Positions 1 through 7,943 of a DNA stretch of 32,000 nt are shown here, piece after piece. Made by a program: the position numbers and the translations under genes. The stretch comes from an uncultured Actinomycetes bacterium (lineage in GTDB: Bacteria > Actinomycetota > Actinomycetes > S36-B12 > CAIYMF01): assembly GCA_963843975.1 (NCBI GenBank), contig CAWJMG010000003.1, positions 720,001 to 752,000 on the forward strand. The letters are read 5' to 3'. Within the stretch, counting starts at the first letter, position 1. The number at the start of each line of letters is the position of its first letter. Under the pieces are notes generated by a model. It did not search any database. It saw only the letters and a list, made by a program, of their open reading frames with translations, and was not told the origin of the DNA.

Positions 1-503
1 TCGCGCACGATCTCGCCCTGCAGGATCTCGCCGCGCACCGGCCGCACCCCGTCCTCGCGCACGACGGTGCCGTTGACGATGGTCGTCTGCTCGAACACCA
101 GCCCGGCCGCCTGGGCCCGCCGCTTGAACGAGCGCGAGACCGTGCGGCGCACGAAGGTGCGCACCGGCGGGATCAGGAGCAGGAGCCCGACGGTGCTCGT
201 GATGAGGCCGGGGATCGCGATCATCGCGCCGGCCAGGAACACGAGACCGGCGTCGCCGACCTCGCGGCCCACCTGCTGCGTGCTCGCCTGCCCGGGCATC
301 ACGGTCACGCCGTCAGCCTGCACGGGCCGGAGGGACCGGGCCGCGGCGAACCCCGCGCGACGCATGACTGCCGAGCCGATGATCACCAGGGCCGCCACCG
401 CCAGCAGGACGCCGGCCCAGCCGATCAGGCTCGCCAGCCACGACGCCACGAACCACTCGGCGACGACGTAGAGGACGATTCCGGCGAGGATCAGCAGGCC
501 CAT
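1..503 (-). CDS. fxsA: FxsA-family cytoplasmic membrane protein (3' end runs off the window)
   Basis: Absent from the ORF track because it is open at the window edge. My minus-strand translation from ATG at 503 reads MGLLILAGIVLYVVAEWFVASWLASLIGWAGVLLAVAALVIIGSAVMRR...GLLLLIPPVRTFVRR. It has two TM helices and the LLLxPPV motif typical of FxsA. The start lies 4 nt after the ppm1 stop. Confidence 0.7.
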   Translation of the reverse strand, partial: MGLLILAGIVLYVVAEWFVASWLASLIGWAGVLLAVAALVIIGSAVMRRAGFAAARSLRPVQADGVTVMPGQASTQQVGREVGDAGLVFLAGAMIAIPGLITSTVGLLLLIPPVRTFVRRTVSRSFKRRAQAAGLVFEQTTIVNGTVVREDGVRPVRGEILQGEIVR

Positions 504-507
504 GCAG

Positions 508-1302
508 TCACCAACCGCCGTGGTCCTGCGAGTTCTTCCCGGCCAGCAGACGGCGGGCCTTCTGCGCCTTGTCCTGCGCACCCCAGACGGTGACCCGCCA
601 GAGCGCCTCGGTGACGATGCGCTGATCCATCTTCGAGTCGCCGAGCTCGCGCTCCACGAACTCGATCGGCACCTCGGCGACGCGCAGGCCCGCCTGCACC
701 GCGCGCCGGGCGAGATCGACCTGGAAGCAGTAGCCCTTGCTCTCGACGCCCTCGAGGTCGAGCGTGCGCAGCGTCGAGGCGCGGAACGCCCGGTAGCCGC
801 CGGTGGCGTCCTTGAGCGGGACGCTGAGCATGATCCGCGTGTAGACGTTCCCGCCGCGGCTGAGGATCTCGCGCGACTTCGGCCAGTTCACGACCGAGCC
901 GCCCTTGACGTACCGGGAGCCGAGCACGAGGTCTGCGGTACGGAGCTTGTCGAGCAGGCGGTGCAGCTGCTCGGGCTGGTGCGAGCCGTCGGCGTCCATC
1001 TCGACCACGACGTCGAAGCCGTTCTCCAGCGCCCAGTCGAAGCCCGCGAGGTAGGCGGCGCCCAGGCCCTGCTTGCCGGCCCGGTGCATCACCTGGATGT
1101 GGTCGTCCGCCGCGGCGAGGGCGTCGGCGATGTCGCCGGTGCCGTCGGGGCTGTTGTCGTCGGCGACGAGCACGTGGACCTCGGGCAGCGCGGCGCGCAC
1201 GCGCGCCACGATCAGCTCGAGGTTCTCCTTCTCGTTGTACGTCGGGATGACCACGACGATGCGTCCGAGGTCGGCGAACTGCGGCACTGCGGGGTCGGTC
1301 AC
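508..1302 (-). CDS. ppm1: polyprenol monophosphomannose synthase (GT2 family)
   Basis: C-terminal 264 aa of the 754-aa track ORF: VTDPAVPQFADLGRIVVVIPTYNEKENL...VADDNSPDGTGD...EMDADGSHQP, the dolichol-P-mannose synthase-like GT2 signature. GTG at 1302 overlaps the lnt stop as GTGA. The upstream part of the track ORF is an out-of-frame read through lnt. Confidence 0.9.
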   Translation of the reverse strand: MTDPAVPQFADLGRIVVVIPTYNEKENLELIVARVRAALPEVHVLVADDNSPDGTGDIADALAAADDHIQVMHRAGKQGLGAAYLAGFDWALENGFDVVVEMDADGSHQPEQLHRLLDKLRTADLVLGSRYVKGGSVVNWPKSREILSRGGNVYTRIMLSVPLKDATGGYRAFRASTLRTLDLEGVESKGYCFQVDLARRAVQAGLRVAEVPIEFVERELGDSKMDQRIVTEALWRVTVWGAQDKAQKARRLLAGKNSQDHGGW

Positions 1303-2987
1303 GCGTAGGGCTCCTCGCTGGGCTGGGGCGCTCCCGAGCCTACGTCCCGCCGCCTCCGGATACCGAATGCTGCGAGCACCCAGATCACGACAGCTGCGGC
1401 CGCGGCGAGCAGCTCCGGCACCGCTCCGACGCGGTCCGAGAGGGTCAGGTCGTCGCGCAGCGGCACCGTGTCGACCAGGTAGCCGGCCTGCAGCTCGCCC
1501 AGCGACCCGGCGAGAGTGCCGTCGGGGCGGACGATCGCCGAGATGCCGCTCGTGGACGCGATGAGCACCGCGCGGCCGTGCTCGACGGCGCGCAGGCGTG
1601 ACATGGCGAGCTGCTGCTGCGGCTGGCCGGTGAGGTTGTACGTCGCGTTGTTGGTCTGGACGGCCAGGATGCGCGCGCCCTGGCCCTCGAGCTCGCCCTT
1701 CACGCCGACGCCCTGCACGGCCGCGCGCCCGAGCTCGTCGTACGCCACCTCGAAGCAGATGAGGTCGCCGATGCGGGCCGGGCCCAGCATGAGCACGCCG
1801 GTGCTGTCGCCCGGTGCGAAGTCGCGCGGGATCCGGTCGAACCGGCCGATGAGCTTGGCCAGCACCGCACGGCCGGGGATCCACTCGCCGAAAGGCACAG
1901 GGTGCTGCTTCACGTAGTAGTCGGCCGGGCCAGGGGTGCCGGACGACGTCGGAAGCCACACGATCCCGGTGTTCCAGATGTAGTTCGGGTCGTCCGGCTT
2001 CTCGAGCACCGCCCCCACGAGCACCGGCACGTCGATGGCGTCGACCGCGCCCTGGATCTTCGCGCCGGCGGCAGCGTCGCGGATCGGGTCGATGTCGGTG
2101 GAGTTCTCCGGCCAGATCACGATGTCGGGCCTCGGTGCGCGCCCCGCCTCGACGTCGGCCGCGAGCCGCTCGGTCTCGGCCACGTGGTTCTTCAGCACCT
2201 GCTCGCGCTCGCCCTGGAAGTCCATGCCCGGCTCGGGCACGTTGCCCTGGACGACGGCGGCGACGATCTCCGACGGCTGCCCGTCGGTGGCCTGGCCCTC
2301 TGTCGGCAGCGGCACGAGGCCGCCGGCGGTGCTGAGGACGGCGACGAGCACCAGCGTGCCGACGGCGAGGCGCGGCTCGCGCCAGCGCAGCACCACGAAG
2401 GCGAGCAGGGCGCCGATCAGCGCGATGACGAACGTGACCAGCGGGGCCCCCGCCAGCGCGGCGTACGGCGTCAGCGTGGTGTCGGTCTGCCCGTACGCCA
2501 GGCGGCCCCACGGGAATCCGCCCAGCGGCACGCGGTCGCGGATCGCCTCGCTCAGCACCCACATGAGCGGCACGACCAGCGGCCACGCGCGCAGGCGCGA
2601 CGTGGCGGCGATGCCCGCTGCGGTGAGCGCGATGAACAGCGCGAAGACACCGCCGAGGAGCAGCCAGGCGTCGCTGCCCACCACGCGCATCCACGCGAGG
2701 TGCGGCAGGAGGAACGCGGCCCCGGCCAGGTAGCCCAGCCAGAGCCCGCGCCGGGCCCGTACGCCGTGCCACGACAGCGTCATGAGCGCCAGGGCGGGCG
2801 GGGCGAGCCAGACCACGTCGTACGGCGGGAAGGACAGCACCAGGAGGGCGCCGCCGAGGACGGACCCGAGCACCCGCAGCAGCAGCTCGGGGCGCGACGA
2901 CGTGCGTCCGCGGGCGGGGGCGACGCCGTCGACGCCCGGGACGTCGTCGAGCCCCTCGCGGGCGGCGTCGTCACCGGTCACAGGCAC
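1299..2987 (-). CDS. lnt: apolipoprotein N-acyltransferase
   Basis: 562 aa with multiple N-terminal TM helices followed by a nitrilase/CN-hydrolase domain (VQGNVP...IVIWPENS...ICFEVAYD). Sits directly upstream of ppm1 as in mycobacteria and corynebacteria. An alternative GTG start at 2981 has a better-spaced G-rich SD. Confidence 0.9.
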   Translation of the reverse strand: MPVTGDDAAREGLDDVPGVDGVAPARGRTSSRPELLLRVLGSVLGGALLVLSFPPYDVVWLAPPALALMTLSWHGVRARRGLWLGYLAGAAFLLPHLAWMRVVGSDAWLLLGGVFALFIALTAAGIAATSRLRAWPLVVPLMWVLSEAIRDRVPLGGFPWGRLAYGQTDTTLTPYAALAGAPLVTFVIALIGALLAFVVLRWREPRLAVGTLVLVAVLSTAGGLVPLPTEGQATDGQPSEIVAAVVQGNVPEPGMDFQGEREQVLKNHVAETERLAADVEAGRAPRPDIVIWPENSTDIDPIRDAAAGAKIQGAVDAIDVPVLVGAVLEKPDDPNYIWNTGIVWLPTSSGTPGPADYYVKQHPVPFGEWIPGRAVLAKLIGRFDRIPRDFAPGDSTGVLMLGPARIGDLICFEVAYDELGRAAVQGVGVKGELEGQGARILAVQTNNATYNLTGQPQQQLAMSRLRAVEHGRAVLIASTSGISAIVRPDGTLAGSLGELQAGYLVDTVPLRDDLTLSDRVGAVPELLAAAAAVVIWVLAAFGIRRRRDVGSGAPQPSEEPYA

Positions 2988-3034
2988 CCCCAGACAGTAC
3001 GTGATGGGGTCTGGGTGCCCCGCGTCCGCAGCGG

Positions 3035-3616
3035 CTACGTCGCCGTGTTGCGCCAGCGCCAGTCAGGGTCTCCCCCGGTACGGCCGCACCGGTCGAGCAG
3101 CGCACCCCAGGCGTCGACCCCGGGGTCGGGCTCGGCGAACAGGTGCGCGAGCACGGCGCGAGCGACGTCGTCGTCCGGCACCCATTCCGCACCGAGGCCG
3201 CGCCGGATGTCCTCTCCGTGCACGAGCAGCTCGACGATGCCCATCGCCGCCATGTCCCGGGGGCCGGCGACGCCGAACACGTGATGGCCGAGAGCGTCCG
3301 GCGGCGACTGCCGCACGACGGCGGACAGCAGACCGGACAGCGAGACCAGGACGTCCGCCAGCGCCGCCGGCGTCTGGGTCCCTTCGATCCTCACGGCGAA
3401 GTTCGCCCAGCCATCGGTCTTCCCCCGGGTGAGCTGCGAGGCGTAGAAGACGACGTCGTCGGCCATGTGCTCGACGACCTGGTGGAGGCTCCAGTCCAGG
3501 CCCGGTGCGGGAGCCGTCCAGTCGGTGCCTTCGGGGGCGCTCTCGACCAGCCCCGCCACCGAGGCGGCCGACCGGTCGAGGAGATCGGCCCAGTCCGACG
3601 GACTCAGGTCGGTCAC
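3035..3616 (-). CDS. DinB-like / mycothiol-dependent maleylpyruvate isomerase N-terminal domain protein
   Basis: 193 aa. The N-terminal helical bundle with WSLHQVVEHMADD resembles the actinobacterial DinB/MDMPI_N family. GTG at 3616 overlaps the yciO stop as GTGA. Confidence 0.6.
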   Translation of the reverse strand: MTDLSPSDWADLLDRSAASVAGLVESAPEGTDWTAPAPGLDWSLHQVVEHMADDVVFYASQLTRGKTDGWANFAVRIEGTQTPAALADVLVSLSGLLSAVVRQSPPDALGHHVFGVAGPRDMAAMGIVELLVHGEDIRRGLGAEWVPDDDVARAVLAHLFAEPDPGVDAWGALLDRCGRTGGDPDWRWRNTAT

Positions 3617-4236
3617 TGCTCGAAGCGGGAGGGGTCGCCGGCGCCGTAGCGCAGGATCTCGGGCTCTGGCGTCGAGAGGTCGACGATGGTCGTCGGCTCC
3701 ATGCCGCAGTCGCCGGAGTCGACCACGGCATCGACGAGGTGGTCGAGCCGCTCCTTGATCTCCCAGCCCTGCGTCATCGGCTCGTCGTCTCCCGGCAGGA
3801 ACAGCGTGCTCGACAGCAACGGCTCGCCGAGCTCGGCGATGATCGCCTGCGTCACCGTGTGCTTCGGGATGCGGACGCCGACGGTGTGCTTCTTCGGGTG
3901 CAGCATCCGGCGCGGCACCTCACGGGTCGCGGGGAGGATGAACGTGTAGCTGCCCGGCGTCGCTGCCTTCACGGCGCGGAACATCGCGTTGCTCACCTGC
4001 ACGTAGTGGCCGAGCTGGGCGAAGTCGGCGCAGACGAGGGTGAAGTGGTGCTTGTCGTCGAGGTGGCGGATCTCCTTGATCCGCTGCAGCCCCGCGGCGT
4101 TGCCCACCGTGCAGCCGAGCGCGTAGCAGGAGTCGGTGGGATAGGCGATCAGCGCGCCGTCCCGCAGCTGCTGCACGATCTGACCGACCGAGCGTGCCTG
4201 CGGGTTGTCGGGGTGCACGTCGTAGTAGCGGGCCAC
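3613..4236 (-). CDS. yciO: YrdC/Sua5-fold threonylcarbamoyl-AMP synthase family protein, YciO subfamily
   Basis: 207 aa, collinear with E. coli YciO as I recall it (YDVHPDNPQ...AYPTDSCYALGC...TPGSYTFIL...PRRML...GVRIP...LGEPLLSS...PTTIVDL). GTG start at 4236. Confidence 0.88.
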   Translation of the reverse strand: MARYYDVHPDNPQARSVGQIVQQLRDGALIAYPTDSCYALGCTVGNAAGLQRIKEIRHLDDKHHFTLVCADFAQLGHYVQVSNAMFRAVKAATPGSYTFILPATREVPRRMLHPKKHTVGVRIPKHTVTQAIIAELGEPLLSSTLFLPGDDEPMTQGWEIKERLDHLVDAVVDSGDCGMEPTTIVDLSTPEPEILRYGAGDPSRFEQ

Positions 4237-4242
4237 GGCACG

Positions 4243-4248
4243 ACCCTA
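4243..4248 (-). promoter_or_regulatory. -10 hexamer TAGGGT placed for a leaderless yciO transcript
   Basis: The minus strand reads gcgcgTAGGGTcgtgccGTG. The TANNNT hexamer lies 6 nt before the GTG start and no SD is present. Confidence 0.4.
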
Positions 4249-4292
4249 CGCGCGGCGGTGGCGGCGTACCCGCGGATCGGCGTACGGCGACG

Positions 4293-4703
4293 TCAGGGGC
4301 GCGAGACGAGCGAGAGCGGCACCGGGTACACGGACTCGACGCGGCGGCGCAGGATCTTCACGAGCGACATGACGGATGCGTAGAGCCCGAAGACCCAGCC
4401 TGCGAGGCCGATCCAGCCGAGCACCGGCTTGAGGTTCGGCTGGGTGGCGATGAACGCGCCCATCACGAAGAGGCCGACGTACACGAGCTGCAGGTAGAGC
4501 GACACGCGGGCCCAGTGCTGGGCGAACGGACGCTCGCGTGCGAACAGGCGGATCAGGAGCGGACCGATGACGGGCAGGACCCAGAGGCTGCCGGCGGCCG
4601 CGATCGCGAACGCCTGGTCGGGGCCGGTGGGGTCGTGCAGCCGCTCAGGCTCGGGCCGCGTGTCGTCGGGCCAGCTGAAGGTCTCTCCGGGCTCGGTGCT
4701 CAC
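4293..4703 (-). CDS. small integral membrane protein (DUF4870-like)
   Basis: C-terminal 136 aa of the 391-aa track ORF: VSTEPGETFSWPDD...VLPVIGPLLIRLFARERPFAQHWARVSLYLQLVY..., with 3 TM helices. GTG at 4703 overlaps the upstream stop as GTGA. Confidence 0.55.
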   Translation of the reverse strand: MSTEPGETFSWPDDTRPEPERLHDPTGPDQAFAIAAAGSLWVLPVIGPLLIRLFARERPFAQHWARVSLYLQLVYVGLFVMGAFIATQPNLKPVLGWIGLAGWVFGLYASVMSLVKILRRRVESVYPVPLSLVSRP

Positions 4704-5155
4704 TCCCCCACCGTAAGCGCTCGGTGCTTGCTCGCACTCGCGCAGGCCACCACCAGCGCCACGGTCACCGGGAGGATGAACAGACCGATCGACATCAGAC
4801 CCAGCACGGTGAACACGCCCAGCAGTCCGACGAGCACCCACGCGACGACCCGTGCCGGCCGGACGCCGATCCGCAGGAGCAGCGCCACCACGGCCGTGAC
4901 GGCGAGCGGGATGCTCACGAGCAGCGCGGCGTAGAGGCCGTTGACCCCCACGAGGGTGGCGGTGCCCGTGATCTCCTCGCTGCTCGTCAGGTTGCCGTTG
5001 GCGTCCACCGAGCCCGAGCTGCTCGCGGTGCCGTACGCCGGGAAGGTGAACGCGGCCACCAGCAGCAGCACCGACCAGGCCGCAGCGGCGATGAGGGCGA
5101 TCTTCGCGGTCTGTGGCAGCCGCCAGGTCGGACGCATGATCCCGGTCTCGGTCAT
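4700..5155 (-). CDS. hypothetical integral membrane protein (4 TM)
   Basis: 151 aa, hydrophobic, with G/C-rich third codon positions. GGGGGAGGA SD lies about 10 nt upstream of the ATG at 5155. Confidence 0.6.
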   Translation of the reverse strand: MTETGIMRPTWRLPQTAKIALIAAAAWSVLLLVAAFTFPAYGTASSSGSVDANGNLTSSEEITGTATLVGVNGLYAALLVSIPLAVTAVVALLLRIGVRPARVVAWVLVGLLGVFTVLGLMSIGLFILPVTVALVVACASASKHRALTVGE

Positions 5156-5196
5156 GTGCCGATGGTCCTCCCCCGACGTCGGGGCGTCGAGGCCCC

Positions 5197-5586
5197 TCAG
5201 CCGGGGACGACGACCGTGCCGGTGGCTGACGTCGTGACGAGCGGCTCGGCGAGCACGGTGGCGGCCGACACGGACACCTCCGGGTTGGCGCGGCAGACCA
5301 CGCGCGCCTCGAACGCGACAGTGCGCGACCGGCGTCCGACCCGGGTGACCGTGGCAGTCGCCTCGAGGATGTCGCCGCCCATGACCGGCGCCTGGAAGGC
5401 GACCGACTCGTAGCCGGCGAACAAGCCCTCATCACCGTCGGTGCGGATGCAGAGCTCGGTGGCGACATCGCCGAACATGCCGAGCACGTACGCGCCGTCG
5501 ACCAGGTTGCCGCCGTAGTGGGCGTGCGAGTAGGGCACGTAGCGGCGGTGGGTCACGCTCACGCCGAGGCGGGGGTCGTCGGTCAT
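5197..5586 (-). CDS. kal: hotdog-fold protein, probable 3-aminobutyryl-CoA ammonia-lyase
   Basis: 129 aa single hotdog domain ([25 protein letters not shown]...[26 protein letters not shown]). Starts 1 nt after the kamE stop. Size and context match Kal of the lysine fermentation pathway. Confidence 0.65.
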   Translation of the reverse strand: MTDDPRLGVSVTHRRYVPYSHAHYGGNLVDGAYVLGMFGDVATELCIRTDGDEGLFAGYESVAFQAPVMGGDILEATATVTRVGRRSRTVAFEARVVCRANPEVSVSAATVLAEPLVTTSATGTVVVPG

Positions 5587-5587
5587 C

Positions 5588-6352
5588 TCAGCCAGCCTTC
5601 TTCCGGGTCGAGGGTGCGGGCACGAGCGACGACACGAGGTACGACGCGACCTCGCCCGGGGTCGTGCCCTTGCCGAAGATGCGGTCGACGCCGAGCTCGG
5701 CCGTCATCGACTCGTCGAAGCGCGGACCGCCCACGACGAGCAGCGGGCGCTTGTCGCGCGGGAACGCCTCACGGAAGGCAGCGCTCATCTCGCGCGTGTT
5801 GTGCAGGTGCGCGTCCCGCTGCGTGACCACCTGCGACACGAGCACGGCGTCTGCCTTCGCGACGCGCGAGGCCTCGACGAGGTCGGGCACCGACACCTGG
5901 GCACCGAGGTTCACGACCGTGATCTCGGAGTAGTACTCCAGGCCCTTCTCCCCCGCGAACCCCTTGATGTTGAGGATCGCGTCGATGCCGACCGTGTGCG
6001 CGTCGGTGCCGATGCAGGCGCCGACGACCACCAGGGGCCGGTGCAGGCCCTTCTTGATCGCGGTGTTGATCTCCTTCGGAGACAGCAGCGGGTAGTCGCG
6101 CTCGACCACCTGCACCTCGCGGACGTCGACGAGGTGCTGCACCGCGCCGTACACGACGAAGAACGTGAAGTCGGGCCCCATCGCCTTGGCGTGGACGACC
6201 ATCGCCGGGTCCATGCCCATCTTCTTCGCGAGCTGCAGGGCCGCACCCTCCGCGCGCTTGTCGTGCGTGAGCGGCAGGGTGAACGACATCTGCACCATGC
6301 CGTCCCCGGTGGTGTCGCCGTACGGGCGGACGATGTGCTTGCTGGCGCTCAT
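5588..6352 (-). CDS. kamE: beta-lysine 5,6-aminomutase, beta (B12-binding) subunit
   Basis: C-terminal 254 aa of the track ORF 5588..6799: [27 protein letters not shown]...[18 protein letters not shown], which contains the DxHxxG cobalamin motif. ATG at 6352 overlaps the kamD stop as ATGA. Confidence 0.9.
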   Translation of the reverse strand: MSASKHIVRPYGDTTGDGMVQMSFTLPLTHDKRAEGAALQLAKKMGMDPAMVVHAKAMGPDFTFFVVYGAVQHLVDVREVQVVERDYPLLSPKEINTAIKKGLHRPLVVVGACIGTDAHTVGIDAILNIKGFAGEKGLEYYSEITVVNLGAQVSVPDLVEASRVAKADAVLVSQVVTQRDAHLHNTREMSAAFREAFPRDKRPLLVVGGPRFDESMTAELGVDRIFGKGTTPGEVASYLVSSLVPAPSTRKKAG

Positions 6353-7943
6353 CGGGTCGCCCCCTCCTCGAGCAGGTCGGACGCCGGGTTCACGTACTCC
6401 GGCGCCTTGCGCACGACGCCGTCGAGGCCGCGGCCGGCGTCGGCGGGGCGCTTCATGAGTCCGAAGGTGCCGTCGGCGATCGCGTTCAGCAGCGTGTCGT
6501 CGACGATGTCGTCGAGGAGGTCGACCGCCTCTCCGAGGACCTGCCGTGCGCGCTGCGCGATGAAGCCGTCCGGCGCCGGGCGGAAGTCCTCGCGCAGGTT
6601 GCCCGCGGCGTTGAAGACGTAGCGCACGTTCTGCAAGGCGAGGTCGCGGTCGGACAGCCACGGCGTGACGACCGCCTCGGTCATCATCCCGACGAGCAGG
6701 ATCCCCTGGCCGGTGAGCGCACCCGCGAGATTGAAGAAGCCGTCGAGCAGGTAGCCGCGGAAGACGTCGCCGGTCATGTGCTTGGTGGGCGGCATCCACT
6801 TGAGCGGCGCGTCGGGGAACAGCGCGCGAGCGAGCATCGCGTGCGCGAGCTCGAGCCGGAACGAGTCGGGGATCTCCGGCACGATCTCGAACGCGTGCCC
6901 GAGGCCGAGCTGCCAGTCCTGCAGCCCCGCCTCCTTGGCGAAGAACTCGTTGAGCAGCTGGCTCACCGTGACCGTGTGCGCGGCGTCGACGGCGTCGGCC
7001 GTGGTGAGGTAGTTGTCCTCGCCCGTGTTGATCACGATGCCGGCGCGGGCGTGGACCTGGCGGCTGAAGCGCTGGTCGACGAACGTGCGCACCGGGTTGA
7101 TGTCGCGGAAGAGGATCCCGTACATCGAGTCGTTGAGCATCATGTCGAGCCGCTCGAGGCCTGCCAACGCTGCGATCTCGGGCATGCAGAGACCGCTGGC
7201 GTAGTTGGTGAGTCGCACGTACCGGCCGAGCTCCTTGCTCGTCTCGTCGAGCGCCGCACGCATGAGGCGGAAGTTCGCCTGGGTGGCGTAGGTGCCGGCG
7301 TACCCCTCGCGGGTCGGGCCCTCGGGCACGTAGTCGAGCAGGGACTGGCCGGTCGACCGGATGACGGCGATGACGTCGGCGCCCTCACGTGCGGCGGCCT
7401 GGGCCTGCGGCATGTCCTCGTAGATGTCGCCCGTGGCCACGATGAGGTAGATCCAGGGCGAGGGCGGGTCGCCGTACTTCCCGATGAGCTTGTCGCGCGC
7501 CGCGCGCTGGGAGTCGACGCGGCGGATCCCGGCGGAGATCTGCGCCCGGGCCTTCTTGGCCGCCGCTGCAGCTGCCTTCCCCCGGGGATCCGGAACTGCA
7601 CCGAGCCGGCCGCTGCCTTCTGCGCCACCGTGACGAGGTCGTCGCCCGTGCGGATGATGGCGTCCCAGACCGGGATCGAGACGCCGTGCTCGAGGCCGAC
7701 CTGCTCGCGGACGACGTCGACGAGGCGGTTGACCCACGGGATGCCCTCGACGTCGGCGCCCTCGAGGCCGGCGAGGCGCAGCGTCGCGCGCTCGACCGAC
7801 ACCGTGGTGTGCTGCTTGGCGAGCTTCACCACGGGTGCGCCGGCCTTGCGCGCGAGCGATCGCGCCTTGCGGATCGTGACGGGGTCGAGGTCGAGCATGC
7901 GCCGCGGATCGTTCGCCGCGGTGATGTACGGACTGCGGCTCAC
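6349..7943 (-). pseudogene. kamD: beta-lysine 5,6-aminomutase alpha subunit, interrupted by a 1-nt frameshift
   Basis: The N-terminal ~118 aa (VSRSPYITAANDPRRMLDLDPVTIRKARSLARKAGAPVVKLAKQHTTVSVERA...VQFRIPGG) lie in the frame of track ORF 7140..9443. The remainder (GKAAAAAAKKARAQ...LIVATGDIYEDM...VIRSTGQSLLDYVP...NTGEDNYLTT...) lies in the frame of ORF 6349..8223. The switch occurs at the C/G tract 7579..7587. The span is 1595 nt, which is 3n-1. Alternative start: ATG at 7898. Confidence 0.8.

Noticed and set aside
508-2772. 754-aa minus-strand ORF suggesting a giant Ppm1 or an Lnt-Ppm1 fusion
   Set aside because: Only the last 264 aa look like a real protein. The first ~490 aa are Arg/Ala/Gly/Pro-rich nonsense produced by an open alternative frame across lnt, as is typical of high-GC DNA. 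A GTG at 1302 overlapping the lnt stop gives a normal-length Ppm1.
4293-5468. 391-aa and 467-aa (16486..17889) extended minus-strand ORFs
   Set aside because: The N-terminal extensions are Arg/Pro/Ala-rich read-throughs over neighbouring genes or spacers. Internal GTG starts, one coupled by GTGA overlap and the other behind a TAGGGT hexamer, give products of normal length.
7579-7587. Programmed -1 ribosomal frameshift in kamD
   Set aside because: The shift needed is -1, but the site (c ccg ggg g / atc ccc ggg gga) is not a canonical X XXY YYZ heptamer in the zero frame. I also see no obvious downstream stimulatory structure. A mutation or a homopolymer error is more parsimonious.
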